Origin: Bacteroidales bacterium
GTDB taxonomy: Bacteria; Bacteroidota; Bacteroidia; Bacteroidales; JAUNSR01
Assembly: GCA_036655355.1 (NCBI GenBank)
Contig: JAVVQG010000008.1
Coordinates: 30,404 to 94,403 of the forward strand
Length of the DNA stretch: 64,000 nucleotides
Direction: 5' to 3'
Shown here: in pieces, positions 53,821 through 64,000 of the stretch
Position numbering within the stretch: the first letter of the stretch is position 1
How the letters are laid out: each line of letters starts with the position of its first letter
Made by a program: the position numbers and the translations under genes
Notes under the pieces: generated by a model
Told to the model about the DNA's origin: nothing
The model's input: the letters and a program-made list of their open reading frames with translations, nothing else
Database searches by the model: none

Positions 53821-55233
53821 TTAGCACTGGAGCATGTCTTCTATCTCAGAAAGATTCGCTCTGAAAGCTTTGTCGATGTCCAGCAACCCGCTGATGTTCT
53901 TGCAGGCGTGCAATACCGTTGCATGATCTCGTTTTCCGATCAGTTCTCCAATTCTGGAAAGCGAATAGTCGGTGTATTTCTTGGATAGGTACATTGAAAT
54001 CTGGCGTGCGTGAACGATTTCACGTTTGCGTGACTTCGAATGAATCTGTTTGTTGTCAATATTAAAGTACTTACATACCGTGTCCTGAATCAACTCAATC
54101 GTGATTTGCTTCTTTTCGATGCTTACGCTGGTGCTTAGGACGCGCTCTGCAAGGTCAATGCTGATCTCGCGGTTGAAGATGGTAGAGTGTGCCATCAACG
54201 ATACGATGATGCCTTCAAGGTCACGTACGTTGTCTGTAACGTTGCGTGCGATGTAATCTACTACTTCTTTGTTGATCGATAAGCCGTCGTGGCGGATCTT
54301 ATTGGTCAGGATCGAGCGACGAAGATCGTAGTCCGGGCGTTCCAGTTCGGCTGTTAATCCCCATTTGAAACGGGTAAGCAGTCGCGGAACCATTCCCAAA
54401 AGAGATACCGGCGGACGGTCCGAGGTCATCACCAGCTGCTTGCTGTTCTGATGGAGGTGGTTGAATATGTGGAAAAATGTATTCTGTGTCTGCGTTTTAC
54501 CGGCAAACTCCTGGATATCGTCAATCAACAAGACATCGATGGTCTGGTAGAAATTGATGAAGTCGTTTACCGTATTGTTTCGCACAGCATCCGTGTATTG
54601 TACCTGGAATTGATGCGAGGTGACATACAATACTCTTTTGGAAGGATTTTGCTCTTTGATGCGAATCCCGATGGCATGAGCAAGGTGTGTTTTCCCTACT
54701 CCCGATTCGCCATAAAGGAAAAGCGGATTAAAGGCCGTTCTACCGGGATTGGCTGCGATTGTTTCGCCAGCCGTACGAGCCAGTTTGTTGCTCATTCCGG
54801 AGAAGTAATTCTCAAAATTGTAATTTGGATTTAGTTGCGAGTCGATCTCTACATACGCTGTCTGCTTGAATTCACTCTGTTTGAAAAGTTCCGGAGTGCG
54901 GGGTGCGGTTTTAGCCGGTTGGGCTTCAATAGCGGTGGATTTGGTTGATCCTTCAATCTCCACCGTGGATTTTGTCTGATTCTCAACCACTACCTGATAC
55001 ATGAGTTGAGTACCCTCACCAAATACCCTGTAAAGGCATTGGCGAAGTATATTGACGTACTTCTCCTCTAAGTATTCGTAAAAAAAGTGAGTCGGAACCT
55101 GGATGGTTAGGACTTTATTGTGGAAATGAAGCGGAGTGATCGGCAAAAACCAAGTTTTAAATGCCGTCTCCGGTAAGTTGTCTTTGATTATATCAAGACA
55201 CTTTTCCCATAAAGTTACATGATCGGAACTCAT
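53821..55233 (-). CDS. dnaA: chromosomal replication initiator protein DnaA
   Basis: Walker [20 protein letters not shown], sensor motifs and the domain IV signature ([11 protein letters not shown]). The start is set at the internal ATG ([20 protein letters not shown]), which matches typical DnaA N-termini. Confidence 0.95.
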   Translation of the reverse strand: MSSDHVTLWEKCLDIIKDNLPETAFKTWFLPITPLHFHNKVLTIQVPTHFFYEYLEEKYVNILRQCLYRVFGEGTQLMYQVVVENQTKSTVEIEGSTKSTAIEAQPAKTAPRTPELFKQSEFKQTAYVEIDSQLNPNYNFENYFSGMSNKLARTAGETIAANPGRTAFNPLFLYGESGVGKTHLAHAIGIRIKEQNPSKRVLYVTSHQFQVQYTDAVRNNTVNDFINFYQTIDVLLIDDIQEFAGKTQTQNTFFHIFNHLHQNSKQLVMTSDRPPVSLLGMVPRLLTRFKWGLTAELERPDYDLRRSILTNKIRHDGLSINKEVVDYIARNVTDNVRDLEGIIVSLMAHSTIFNREISIDLAERVLSTSVSIEKKQITIELIQDTVCKYFNIDNKQIHSKSRKREIVHARQISMYLSKKYTDYSLSRIGELIGKRDHATVLHACKNISGLLDIDKAFRANLSEIEDMLQC

Positions 55234-55696
55234 TCGTAAATCCAAATTTTTCAAGTCGTATGTATTGCAAAGACAAAAATCCAAATTTTATTTTTGAAAA
55301 ACAAATCGTCTTTTCTCTTGTATTTTTGAAATAGAATATAACTACCTGATTCTCAGTTGTCGTTTGAAATCGTCTTTCGTTGAGTGTTAATTTATATTTG
55401 CATTTTTACATTATTGATACTCAATAGGTTGCTCTGATTCTGCTCTACGGCATAAATAAAGAGAATTACATTGTTAATTTCTTCAAAACCCTTTTGTCGA
55501 AAGGTATTCCGGAGTTTGAGGAAAATAGAAGTCAACCGAAATAATATATTTTAATTCTAAATAATGAAATATGTTGAAAGATAGATAATTCAGGGAAACA
55601 GCCCTTAATAAGCTTCTTGGAGGGTATTACAGCATTTGAAAAAAAATATAATAATAGGGGGTTTTATTTTAAGGAATGGGGTGGGATTATCTCCAA

Positions 55697-55750
55697 TAAA
55701 AAGAGGAGGTTGCCTAATTCATTGGTATGAATTTTAGACAACCTCCTCTT
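55697..55750 (-). terminator. intrinsic terminator after the mlaD-like gene
   Basis: 12-bp stem aagaggaggttg / caacctcctctt with a long loop. The plus-strand A-run gives a T-run on the minus strand. Confidence 0.55.
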
Positions 55751-55771
55751 ATATGGATTGAAATCTTGTTT

Positions 55772-56665
55772 TTACTTTTTCCCGAAAATTGAGAAATGAA
55801 CGTATCGCTTCGGATTGGCTTTTAGGTCGATCATCAAAGAATCGGCATGAATCACCGTATTGTTGAGGTTTTGATACAGACCGTCGCTGTTGAGAAGCAA
55901 GCCCAACGTATTGTCTTTCGAGTTCATTTTCTGTGTCAGCTGTTCCACATTCGAGAGTGTGGTATTGATAGAGGAGATAGTTTGGTTAAAATTGATCTCC
56001 TTTACATTCTGGCTTACTTCGTTGAAGTTCGTGGACATGCTTTTTAAATTGGATACGATGACAGGCAGGTCCTTGTTCATCATCTGAGTCAGACTCCGTG
56101 AAGATTTTTCCAATTCTCCCGTAATGGTATTGACATTTTGGAAGCTTTCTTTCAATCCCGCATGATTCACGATCTGATCCAGTCCGCTTAGGATGGAGTC
56201 GATACGCGGTAACATGGTTTCAAGCGTAGGAAGGAGTTTTTCGGATACCGTTCCCATTAACCCCGCATCAAATACCCCTTCAAGGGTATCCGCTACAGCG
56301 TGGTGCGCACCCACATAATTATTCAGTTTCAGTTCGATCGAAGCTCCTCCAAGTAAGTCTGTCACCACAACGGCCTTACTGCCGGCCGGAACTTTTAGTT
56401 TCTTATCCAGGCTAACCTCTACGATCACATTTCCGGGGTTGTTGAAATCATAATCGATGCTTCTGATTAATCCAACTTTGTAACCGTCGATAGAGACTGG
56501 CCCTGAAACTGCCAATCCTGTTACATTTTTATATTTTATGTAATAGTAGTTGTCGGGTTTGAATATATTGACCCCTTTCAAGTAGTCAATACCAAAAAAA
56601 AGGATAAGAGCACAAACGATAGTCACCAGACCAATTTTAAACTCTTTGCCAATTAATTTTTTCAT
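55772..56665 (-). CDS. MlaD/MCE-family protein
   Basis: 297 aa with an N-terminal anchor. The MCE domain shows YYYIKYKNVTGLAVSGPVSIDGYKVGLIRSI, and there is a C-terminal helical region. Confidence 0.8.
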   Translation of the reverse strand: MKKLIGKEFKIGLVTIVCALILFFGIDYLKGVNIFKPDNYYYIKYKNVTGLAVSGPVSIDGYKVGLIRSIDYDFNNPGNVIVEVSLDKKLKVPAGSKAVVVTDLLGGASIELKLNNYVGAHHAVADTLEGVFDAGLMGTVSEKLLPTLETMLPRIDSILSGLDQIVNHAGLKESFQNVNTITGELEKSSRSLTQMMNKDLPVIVSNLKSMSTNFNEVSQNVKEINFNQTISSINTTLSNVEQLTQKMNSKDNTLGLLLNSDGLYQNLNNTVIHADSLMIDLKANPKRYVHFSIFGKK

Positions 56666-56904
56666 TTGTATATATTTTATTTTTTTACATTTAGGTCAAA
56701 TGCGTCATCTATCTGCCTTCAGTTGGGTATCTCTTTTTAAGTAAACCGACAGCGCTTTGTTTCTGTCAATTCAACAAGTTTAGGTGTCAATTAGATGGAA
56801 TTTTCTTTACAAAGTAACTTATTTTTCTTCAATTACCCTTCAAGTTGGTTGCTTTTTAAGCTACTGAAGCCTTTGAATCCTCTGTAAACGGTCACCAAAA
56901 CCGC

Positions 56905-58104
56905 TTATTTAAGACGTTTTCCGTCTTTAAACCGAACCACAAAAGCATCTTTGAACTTCTTTCGGACCTCTCTTTGCGTGTTCGTGATCTCCTTAAAGTT
57001 GGTGCTTTCTCCGTAAGCGTAGCGATAGGAGCCATTCTCGTGGTAGATTGTCACCGGCCAAAGACCTTTAAGTTGCGGCGCTCCTTTGCTTAATTTTTTG
57101 TGATAGGAAAGGAATTGAACTTTATAAATCACTTTCCCACGTGAAGCCGTTTCTTTTGAGACGTTGCTTTTGGAAGCACTCTCCGTTTTTACGGATGCAT
57201 TCGTTTTTACGGTTGTCCCCGTTTTGACAGAAGCGGTTTCGTTGCTTACGGCGTTTTGCTTCCGTGTTTCAGTCGTTGTTTTTCTTTTGATCTCTCCTTT
57301 TGATGCGACGGCGGCGCTGTTATGGCGATCGTAAGCCTCTTTGTAATCAGCGAAACCTTTGTATATGGAGGTGGCGATTTTACTTTTGCCTTCGGCTGTA
57401 GCCAGAAATTTCTCCTCTACCGCATTTGAAAGGAAGCCGACTTCCACCAAAACAGAGGGCATGCTGGTTTCTTTGAGAACCAGATAAGGTGCCTGTCTGA
57501 CTTGTCTGTCGTGCCGTTTGGCTGTATTCTTGAAATGGTGTTGAATGGAAGAGGCGATCTGAATACTTTGGTTCTGATGGATGCCCTGCAACGTCTCGAA
57601 CATAATATACGATTCGGCGCTATTGGGGTCGAATCCCTCATAACTCTTCTCGTAATTATCCTCTAGTAGGATCACGGCATTCTCTCTCTTTGCAATCTCC
57701 AAGTTCTCCTCACTCTTGGCCGTACCGAGCGTAAATGTGCCCGCTCCGAACACCGAAGAGGTATTTTTATTTCGAGGAATCGCATCGGCATGGATGGAGA
57801 TAAACAGATCGCCTTTCTTTTCATTGGCGATCTCCGCCCGTCGGTTTAACGGAACGAATACATCTGTGCGTCGCGTATAAATCACATCTACATCGGAATG
57901 ATTCTCCTCGATCAACTTTCCGACACGCAATGCGATATTCAGGTTGAGATCTTTCTCTTTCAAAATTCTGCCGACACATCCCGCATCGCGACCTCCGTGT
58001 CCCGCATCAATGATAACCTTGAATTTCTGGTTCTGCGCCTCTGTGACACAGAAAAGAAAGAGAAATAAGCTACTTAAGAGTATTGATTTTTTATTTAACC
58101 GCAT
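56905..58104 (-). CDS. N-acetylmuramoyl-L-alanine amidase (Amidase_3) with C-terminal SPOR domain
   Basis: It has a signal peptide and VIIDAGHGGRDAGCVG...FISIHADA...SVLVEVGFLSN. A low-complexity linker follows, then a SPOR-like C-terminus (VIYKVQFLSY...YRYAYGES). Confidence 0.9.
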   Translation of the reverse strand: MRLNKKSILLSSLFLFLFCVTEAQNQKFKVIIDAGHGGRDAGCVGRILKEKDLNLNIALRVGKLIEENHSDVDVIYTRRTDVFVPLNRRAEIANEKKGDLFISIHADAIPRNKNTSSVFGAGTFTLGTAKSEENLEIAKRENAVILLEDNYEKSYEGFDPNSAESYIMFETLQGIHQNQSIQIASSIQHHFKNTAKRHDRQVRQAPYLVLKETSMPSVLVEVGFLSNAVEEKFLATAEGKSKIATSIYKGFADYKEAYDRHNSAAVASKGEIKRKTTTETRKQNAVSNETASVKTGTTVKTNASVKTESASKSNVSKETASRGKVIYKVQFLSYHKKLSKGAPQLKGLWPVTIYHENGSYRYAYGESTNFKEITNTQREVRKKFKDAFVVRFKDGKRLK

Positions 58105-58170
58105 AGTTTTAATCTTTGGGTTTCTTGAGCTATGTAATGTTTATAGAAAAAATTAGGTATATCACGCCCA

Positions 58171-58282
58171 GTAAATGACATTCAATGAATGACGTTCTGT
58201 GAGCAGCTTTCTGTAAATAGCATTCTGTAAATAGCATTCTGTGAATAGCATTTTGTGAATAGCGTTCCGTAATACTATTATG
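58171..58282. repeat. tandem 14-bp repeat array (about 8 units, core TGTRAATAGCATTC)
   Basis: gtaaatgacattca atgaatgacgttct gtgagcagctttct gtaaatagcattct gtaaatagcattct gtgaatagcatttt gtgaatagcgttcc gtaatactattatg. It lies in the divergent amidase/aroE intergenic region, and the period is not a multiple of 3. Confidence 0.85.
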
Positions 58283-58519
58283 AATGTGCACGGCTAAAAC
58301 GTCCCTTGAGATTAACGAATTAACAGACAGTTTGATAACAAAAAAGAAGATCTGTTTCCGATTATTGATTAATCTTACTTTTAAGTTGCACAAATTTAAT
58401 AAATTAAGAGTGAAGAACGGGATTCGGTAACTTAAATTTACATCTTTACTTTATCGCATAATATCTTTTAAAGGTCTATTTTTGACACCGAAACAATAAA
58501 CGCACTTAAATAGAATCAT

Positions 58520-59260
58520 ATGGATACATTCGGACTGATCGGACACCCTTTGTCGCACTCCTTCTCAAAAAGCTTTTTTACTGAAAAATTCCGCGATGAG
58601 CGAATTGATGCCGTTTACTTGAATTTCGATCTGGAAGATATATCGGAATTTCCCAACCTGTTGCGTAGCCATCCCGATCTGAAGGGGATGAATGTGACGA
58701 TTCCCTATAAGGAGGCGATCATTCCCTATCTTGACGAATTAGACGACACGGCAAAGGCCATCGGAGCGGTTAATGTGATTCGGGTGGTTCGAGAAGGGGA
58801 GAAGGTGATTCTGAAAGGGTATAATTCGGATGTGATCGGTTTTTCGGAGTCGATACGTCCACTCCTTACTTCCTACCACAAAAAGGCATTGGTATTGGGT
58901 ACGGGAGGCGCCAGTAAGGCTGTGCTTTATGCATTGCGGAACCTCCATGTAGAGCCGCATTCTGTTTCCCGCAGGGGATCGGAAGGGGTGTATGCTTACG
59001 AAGAGATCACACCTGAGAAACTCAACGAATATCAGGTTGTCGTCAATACCACTCCGCTGGGAATGTATCCGCATGTAAATGAAAAACCCTCGCTTCCTTA
59101 TGAGAAAGCGAGGGTGAATGATATCTTTTTTGATCTGATCTACAATCCGGAAGTCACCCGATTTATGGCTGAAGCCGCACAACGGGGTGCTCGGACGAAG
59201 AACGGTTATGAGATGTTGATCGGTCAGGCATTGGAAGCGTGGCGAATCTGGAACCTCTAA
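58520..59260 (+). CDS. aroE: shikimate dehydrogenase
   Basis: 246 aa with GLIGHPLSHSFSKSFF, NVTIPYK, GAVNV and LGTGGASKAV motifs. Confidence 0.9.
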   Translation: MDTFGLIGHPLSHSFSKSFFTEKFRDERIDAVYLNFDLEDISEFPNLLRSHPDLKGMNVTIPYKEAIIPYLDELDDTAKAIGAVNVIRVVREGEKVILKGYNSDVIGFSESIRPLLTSYHKKALVLGTGGASKAVLYALRNLHVEPHSVSRRGSEGVYAYEEITPEKLNEYQVVVNTTPLGMYPHVNEKPSLPYEKARVNDIFFDLIYNPEVTRFMAEAAQRGARTKNGYEMLIGQALEAWRIWNL

Positions 59261-60088
59261 TTACCAGTTCAGTAATTCAAGGTAGATTACAACTGCCGGG
59301 CATGCCAGCAGCACGCTGTCAAAACGGTCCAAGAAGCCACCGTGTCCCGGCAGCATATTACCGGAATCTTTCACTCCGATGGTACGTTTCATGAGCGATT
59401 CAGAGAGGTCGCCCCAAGTGGAGAATACCGAAACGATCAGTGCCATCGCCATCCATTGAATCGCATTCATCTCATGCGAAAACAAAGAGAAAAGGAATCC
59501 GGCGATCAATGAAAATGCGATTCCGCCGTAAAAGCCTTCCCACGATTTCTTAGGGGAGATGCGTTCGAATAAGCGACGTTTTCCGATGCGGCTACCAACC
59601 AGATAAGCGCCGGTATCATTCATCCAAATGAATACAAACAGAGCCAACAGCGGAATCGGCGTATAAACCGGGATGCCGTCGAAATCAGAGAAACCGATCA
59701 GAGGCAATAGGGAGAATGGCAACGCGATGTAAGCCTGCCCCAATACGGAATACGCCCATCCTTTGATGGGATCCGGCTTTTTGCGATAAAGCTCACTGAT
59801 GAACATATAAAGCAGATAAGCCAGGTAAGCCAGGAATATGCGTTGATCGGCGATTCCCAGATTGTAAAGAGCCGTCATCAGAAACAAACCTGTTCCGCCG
59901 GCAGTGTTAATCAGGATGTTGATCTTAACTCCTTGGTGGCGATTCATTAATTGGTAAAACTCAGTCAGCAGAAATCCGGTTAATAGCGCGAATACACCGA
60001 TGAATGAATACGGACTCCAAAGGATAGATCCCACGAGCACTACTACGAAGATAACTCCTGTAATAGATCTGGTTATCAAATTGCTCAA
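59261..60088 (-). CDS. cdsA: phosphatidate cytidylyltransferase
   Basis: 275-aa polytopic protein with the CTP-transferase signature SLMKRTIGVKDSGNMLPGHGGFLDRFDS. Confidence 0.9.
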   Translation of the reverse strand: MSNLITRSITGVIFVVVLVGSILWSPYSFIGVFALLTGFLLTEFYQLMNRHQGVKINILINTAGGTGLFLMTALYNLGIADQRIFLAYLAYLLYMFISELYRKKPDPIKGWAYSVLGQAYIALPFSLLPLIGFSDFDGIPVYTPIPLLALFVFIWMNDTGAYLVGSRIGKRRLFERISPKKSWEGFYGGIAFSLIAGFLFSLFSHEMNAIQWMAMALIVSVFSTWGDLSESLMKRTIGVKDSGNMLPGHGGFLDRFDSVLLACPAVVIYLELLNW

Positions 60089-60162
60089 GATAGTTCTTAT
60101 TAAATGTTGTTATGTAAGCAGTCACACAGACTTCTCTGGTACAAAGATAGAGAATACATTTT

Positions 60163-60203
60163 AAAAAACGAAGAGAGTACCCTTAGTAGGGCACTCTCTT
60201 CGT
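60163..60203 (-). terminator. intrinsic terminator after ftsH
   Basis: The minus strand reads aacgaagagagtgccct-acta-agggtactctcttcgtt followed by tttttt. Confidence 0.75.
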
Positions 60204-60220
60204 TTTTATTTATCTTCAAT

Positions 60221-62296
60221 TTACTTATTCTCAGAAGAATTTTCATTGCTATCCGTTGTGTCTGAATCGGCAACTCCTGTATTCGCTTCTTCGGCGGTTT
60301 CATCATTGCTCTGTTCAACGGGACTTTCAGATGGTTTCTCGGTGATTTTTTTGCTCTCTTCATCGGCCAGCAACTCCTCCGAACGAGAAGTCCAAGGTCG
60401 TTTTCCGAAGATAGCCGTTAAGTCGTCCGTATAGATCACCTCACGTTCAATCAACACCTTGGTAAGAGATCCGTGTCCTTCGGCATGTTCAGTCAGGATT
60501 CGTTTTGCACGTTCGTACTCCTGTTTGATCAATGCGCTCACCTCCGCGTCGATCACTTTGGCCGTATCATCGCTGTAAGGTTTGGTGAACCCGTATTCCT
60601 GACCGGTCGAATCGTAATAAGAAAGGTTAGGCAGCTTGTCACTCATCCCGTAATAGGCGATCATCGCGTACGCTTGCTTTGTGACACGCTCCAGGTCGTT
60701 GGCCGCTCCGCTTGAAATGCGTCCCAAGAAGACCTCCTCGGCAGCACGTCCGCCCAAAGTAGCACACAACTCATCGCACATCTGCTCTTTCGTTGTGATC
60801 TGGCGTTCTTCCGGAAGATACCAGGCTGCACCCAATGCTTTTCCACGCGGTACGATCGTAACTTTTACAAGCGGCGATGCATATTGAAGGAACCAGCTAA
60901 CGGTAGCGTGACCCGCTTCGTGAATGGCAATGGAACGTTTTTCCTCTACCGTGGTGATTTTGGTTTTCTTTTCAAGACCACCAACGATACGATCTACGGC
61001 ATCCATGAAATCCTGTTTTGTCACGAAGCTTTTTCCGTGACGAGCGGCAATCAAAGCGGCCTCGTTACAAACATTGGCGATGTCTGCACCCGAGAATCCG
61101 GGAGTCTGACGCGCCAAGAGGTCGATATCGATCGATTCGTCCAGTTTGATCGGATGCAAATGCACTCGGAAAATATCTTTACGGTCATTCAAGTCCGGCA
61201 ATTCAACGTAAATCTGACGGTCAAAACGACCGGCACGAAGAAGCGCCTTATCCAGAATATCCGCACGGTTCGTAGCAGCCAGGATGATTACCCCGCTATT
61301 CGATCCGAAACCGTCCATCTCCGTCAGCAACTGATTCAATGTGTTTTCACGTTCGTCGTTAGATCCCATGTTCGGGTTTTTCCCACGAGCGCGTCCAACA
61401 GCGTCGATCTCGTCGATGAAGACGATACACGGAGCTTTCTCTTTGGCCTGGCGGAACAAGTCGCGAACACGCGAAGCACCCACCCCTACGAACATCTCAA
61501 CGAAGTCTGAACCGGAAAGTGAGAAGAACGGAACGTTCGCCTCTCCTGCAACGGCTTTTGCCAAAAGGGTCTTACCGGTTCCCGGAGGGCCTACCAAAAG
61601 GGCGCCTTTCGGAATCTTTCCACCCAACTCGGTATATTTTGACGGGTTTTTCAAAAACTCAACAATCTCTTCCACCTCGGTTTTCGCTTCAGAAAGGCCG
61701 GCCACATCCTTGAATGTCACCTGTACGCTGTTCTCCTTGTCGAAAAGCTGGGCTTTTGATTTACCTACATTGAAGACGCCGCCACCGGCACCACCGCCGC
61801 CGCCGGACATTCTTCTCATTAAGAAGAACCAGAAGGCGATCACCAAAAGAAACGGTCCGAACGTCCAGATAAGATCCGTAAAGTTGCTACTTGATTCGTA
61901 GCGAACATCCGCTTTGAAGTTGTTGTCTTTTCGCCATTCATCCACCTTGTCGGAGAATTTTTCAGCTGAAGGCACACTTACGGTGATCATCGGGTTCTTA
62001 CCGATTTTTTCGCGGGTTGTATGGAAAATCTGTTGTGCTGCGCTATCGGTCAGATACGCCTCAACAATATCTTTATTTGTGATTACAGTAACTTTGTCAA
62101 CGCCACCCTCCTTGGCAATTTTCTCAAACTCAGTAAATCCGATCTCTTTGGTCATCGAATTATCATTTAAGAGGTAAAGGCCAACTAAAAGAATACCGAT
62201 GATGGAATACATCCAGTAAAGGTTGAATTTAAAGAATTTAGGTTTCTTATTGCCAGAATTATTCCCTTGTAAAGGGTTTTGGTTTTTGTTCTCCAT
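60221..62296 (-). CDS. ftsH: ATP-dependent zinc metalloprotease FtsH
   Basis: 691 aa with two TM helices. The AAA domain has [22 protein letters not shown] and the SRH. The zinc motif is HEAGHA, and there is an acidic C-terminal tail. Confidence 0.97.
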   Translation of the reverse strand: MENKNQNPLQGNNSGNKKPKFFKFNLYWMYSIIGILLVGLYLLNDNSMTKEIGFTEFEKIAKEGGVDKVTVITNKDIVEAYLTDSAAQQIFHTTREKIGKNPMITVSVPSAEKFSDKVDEWRKDNNFKADVRYESSSNFTDLIWTFGPFLLVIAFWFFLMRRMSGGGGGAGGGVFNVGKSKAQLFDKENSVQVTFKDVAGLSEAKTEVEEIVEFLKNPSKYTELGGKIPKGALLVGPPGTGKTLLAKAVAGEANVPFFSLSGSDFVEMFVGVGASRVRDLFRQAKEKAPCIVFIDEIDAVGRARGKNPNMGSNDERENTLNQLLTEMDGFGSNSGVIILAATNRADILDKALLRAGRFDRQIYVELPDLNDRKDIFRVHLHPIKLDESIDIDLLARQTPGFSGADIANVCNEAALIAARHGKSFVTKQDFMDAVDRIVGGLEKKTKITTVEEKRSIAIHEAGHATVSWFLQYASPLVKVTIVPRGKALGAAWYLPEERQITTKEQMCDELCATLGGRAAEEVFLGRISSGAANDLERVTKQAYAMIAYYGMSDKLPNLSYYDSTGQEYGFTKPYSDDTAKVIDAEVSALIKQEYERAKRILTEHAEGHGSLTKVLIEREVIYTDDLTAIFGKRPWTSRSEELLADEESKKITEKPSESPVEQSNDETAEEANTGVADSDTTDSNENSSENK

Positions 62297-62343
62297 AGAT
62301 CAAGCTTTGAATGAGTATGAATTTCGGGTTAAGTTTTCCGGGA

Positions 62344-62703
62344 TTAATCAAGATCCGGAATCTCGGTCAACTGAGCGTCAGCCCACAATTGCTCCAGTTT
62401 GTAAAATTCACGGTATTCCGGTAGGAACACATGAACCAATACATAACCGTAATCGACAGCAATCCATTGGCGATTCTGGAATCCGTCATAAGCAAATGGC
62501 TTGTGATTAGCCTCTTTGCGTACATAATCCATCATACCTTCGGCGATACTGTTAACTTGTGTGGTAGAGTTACCTTCGCAGATAACAAAATATTGAAATG
62601 CAGCTTCCTCAATATTTGTCATGTCAGCCACGACTATTTTTTTTGCTTTTTTCTCTTGTAATCCTTCAACAATTTGCTGTACTAATAAATCTTTCACTTT
62701 CAT
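62344..62703 (-). CDS. rsfS: ribosome silencing factor RsfS
   Basis: 119 aa: ...YFVICEGNSTTQV...WIAVDYGYVLVHVFLPEYREFYKLEQLW, the RsfS/Iojap pattern. Confidence 0.9.
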   Translation of the reverse strand: MKVKDLLVQQIVEGLQEKKAKKIVVADMTNIEEAAFQYFVICEGNSTTQVNSIAEGMMDYVRKEANHKPFAYDGFQNRQWIAVDYGYVLVHVFLPEYREFYKLEQLWADAQLTEIPDLD

Positions 62704-62992
62704 TTATAGGGAACTTTTTCGTTTTGTGTTTGCATAACCGGAAAATCTTCCGATCCGCCGAATTTAAATTAAGTCAACAATTCACCAACTTATTTTTCAT
62801 TCAATTCTAATCCACAAATATAATTCGAATTATACAACTGAATACGTTAAAGTTCCGAATAATTACTTTTTTAATTAAAACAGTTAAATCCTTTTTTTGT
62901 TCTGTGGGGAAACTATCTCTGCGTAATTTATATTTGAAGAAAGAGTTTTTTCTATCTTTGTGCCATCAGAAAAGAATAATAAATAAGATATT

Positions 62993-63385
62993 ATGGAAAT
63001 TAAAGGACGCATTATCCAGATTCTTCCCCTTGTAACAGGGATGAGCTCGAAAGGCGAATGGAAAAAACAGGAATATATTCTTGAAACGGAAGCGCAATAT
63101 CCCAAAAAGGTTTGTTTCAACTGCTGGGGTGATAAAGTAGATCAGTTCAATATCCAGATGGGTGAGGAGCTAATCATCAGCGTAGACGTAGAAAGCCGTG
63201 AGTTCAACGGACGCTGGTATACAGATGTAAGAGCATGGAAAGTTGACCGTGCGTCGGCTATGCAGCAGGAAGCACCGCAGCAGTTCGGGGCTGCTCAGCA
63301 GTTCGGCGGAGCACCGGTACCTCCGGCGGATTACTTCTCGCCACAAACCCCTGCTTCGAACTCGACAGACGATCTTCCTTTCTAA
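62993..63385 (+). CDS. DUF3127-family protein (OB-fold-like, Q/P-rich tail)
   Basis: MEIKGRIIQILPLVTGMSSKGEWKKQEYILETEAQYPKKVCFNCWGDKVDQF is the characteristic DUF3127 N-terminus. A TATCTTTG -7 box lies at 62953-62960. Confidence 0.8.
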   Translation: MEIKGRIIQILPLVTGMSSKGEWKKQEYILETEAQYPKKVCFNCWGDKVDQFNIQMGEELIISVDVESREFNGRWYTDVRAWKVDRASAMQQEAPQQFGAAQQFGGAPVPPADYFSPQTPASNSTDDLPF

Positions 63386-63486
63386 GTTGTTTCTTGAGTT
63401 TACAGATACGATACAACATTCATCCGGAAATGCGCTCATTCAATGAGGATGCCTTTCCTACGGATAAGAATTGATCAAGATAAACC

Positions 63487-63536
63487 AAATCCCCGCTCGA
63501 TACATTCCCGCTATGAATGTGTGGGCGGGGATTTTT
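63487..63536 (+). terminator. intrinsic terminator after the DUF3127 gene
   Basis: Hairpin aaatccccgc ... gcggggattt followed by ttt. Confidence 0.6.
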
Positions 63537-63551
63537 AATTTCTGAACCTCC

Positions 63552-64000
63552 ATGAGATTGCTTCCTAAAATTGGCTTTTTACTCCTTTTTACTTCTCTTC
63601 TTGCGCTCTTTTTCCCGCTTCAGGTAGATGCGCAACAACCCGCATCGCTGAAGTTTGAAACACTCGAGATCGACCTCGGTACGGTATCGGAAGAGGGCGA
63701 ATCGCCCGTGGCATTGTTCCGTTTTACAAACGTTTCGGGAAAACCGGTGGTGATTACCAATGTTGCCACTTCGTGCGGCTGTACGGTTGCGGAATATACC
63801 ACGGAACCTCTGGCTGCCGGGAAGGGCGGATTCGTCAAACTGACCTATAATCCCAAAGGACGTGTCGGTGCGATACTGCGTTCGGTGCAAGTGTTTACCT
63901 CGAATAATGAAAAACCCTACCGGTTATTGATAAAAGGGGACGTAAAAGCCGGTGAGCCTAGAAAATTCCGGGCATATCCTTATGTGAGCGGAAATCTTCA
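63552..64000 (+). CDS. DUF1573-domain protein (partial, runs off window end)
   Basis: It is not in the ORF track because no stop lies in the window. A hand translation gives MRLLPKIGFLLLFTSLLALFFPLQVDAQQPASLKFETLEIDLGTVSEEGESPVALFRFTNVSGKPVVITNVATSCGCTVAEYTTEPLAAGKGGFVKLTYNPKGR... This fits the DUF1573 pattern (F.F.N.G..PL.I..V..SCGCT). Confidence 0.75.
   Translation, partial: MRLLPKIGFLLLFTSLLALFFPLQVDAQQPASLKFETLEIDLGTVSEEGESPVALFRFTNVSGKPVVITNVATSCGCTVAEYTTEPLAAGKGGFVKLTYNPKGRVGAILRSVQVFTSNNEKPYRLLIKGDVKAGEPRKFRAYPYVSGNL

Noticed and set aside
58171-58282. Possible CRISPR or coding repeat (the 87-aa ORF at 58130-58393).
   Set aside because: The 14-bp units are contiguous without spacers. 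The period is not a multiple of 3, so the ORF translation is aperiodic and low-complexity. The array lies in a divergent promoter region.
60100-60363. 87-aa minus-strand ORF overlapping the ftsH 3' end and its terminator.
   Set aside because: It lies in another frame of the acidic FtsH tail and runs through the terminator hairpin. It is lysine-rich and low-complexity, so it is spurious.

Overview
This is a 64-kb chromosomal segment with Bacteroidales (Bacteroidota) character. The supporting signs are TAnnTTTG-type -7 promoter boxes, TonB-dependent receptor/DUF4249 pairs, a T9SS-type C-terminal sorting domain, DUF4372-type IS4 debris and SD-poor translation starts. Three parts can be distinguished. 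(1) 1-28.5 kb is a housekeeping core, mostly on the minus strand. It carries a membrane-anchored SARP-like regulator, tRNA-Ser(UGA), a thioredoxin system (trxA, exported Trx, Crp/Fnr, trxB), lolA-like, ftsK, trkH/trkA and dxs. It also carries an aromatic amino-acid operon (pheA, aminotransferase, DAHP synthase/chorismate mutase, tyrA), a GH43-like gene, and a sigma54-dependent two-component system co-oriented with a HlyD/FtsX/FtsX/ABC/TolC efflux operon. (2) About 28.5-43.3 kb is a visibly AT-rich accessory island. It is split into cassettes by five copies of a composite intergenic repeat. Its content is TA-like pairs (183-aa protein/XRE, DUF4160/DUF2442-HTH, YafQ/RHH), two orphan lipoproteins, a TonB receptor/DUF4249/OMP block, a second TBDR-like barrel, a DsbA-like pseudogene and three decayed IS fragments. 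No recombinase or intact transposase is visible. (3) 43.3-64 kb returns to core genes: GHL10-type hydrolase, manA, malQ, class II RNR nrdJ, nitroreductase, dnaA, mlaD-like, amidase-SPOR, aroE, cdsA, ftsH, rsfS, DUF3127 and a partial DUF1573. The most interesting signals outside the ORF track are: (a) a 27-codon Phe/Tyr-rich leader ORF with mutually exclusive antiterminator/terminator helices directly upstream of pheA; (b) the integron-/rAID-like repeat-delimited cassette organisation of the island; (c) inverted arrays of 22-bp direct repeats, plus a 21-bp x4 array, flanking a 1.1-kb segment; (d) a near-consensus sigma54 promoter in front of the efflux operon; and (e) a 14-bp x8 tandem array about 3 kb from dnaA. 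All functional calls rest on motif recognition by eye. No database search or folding computation was run.
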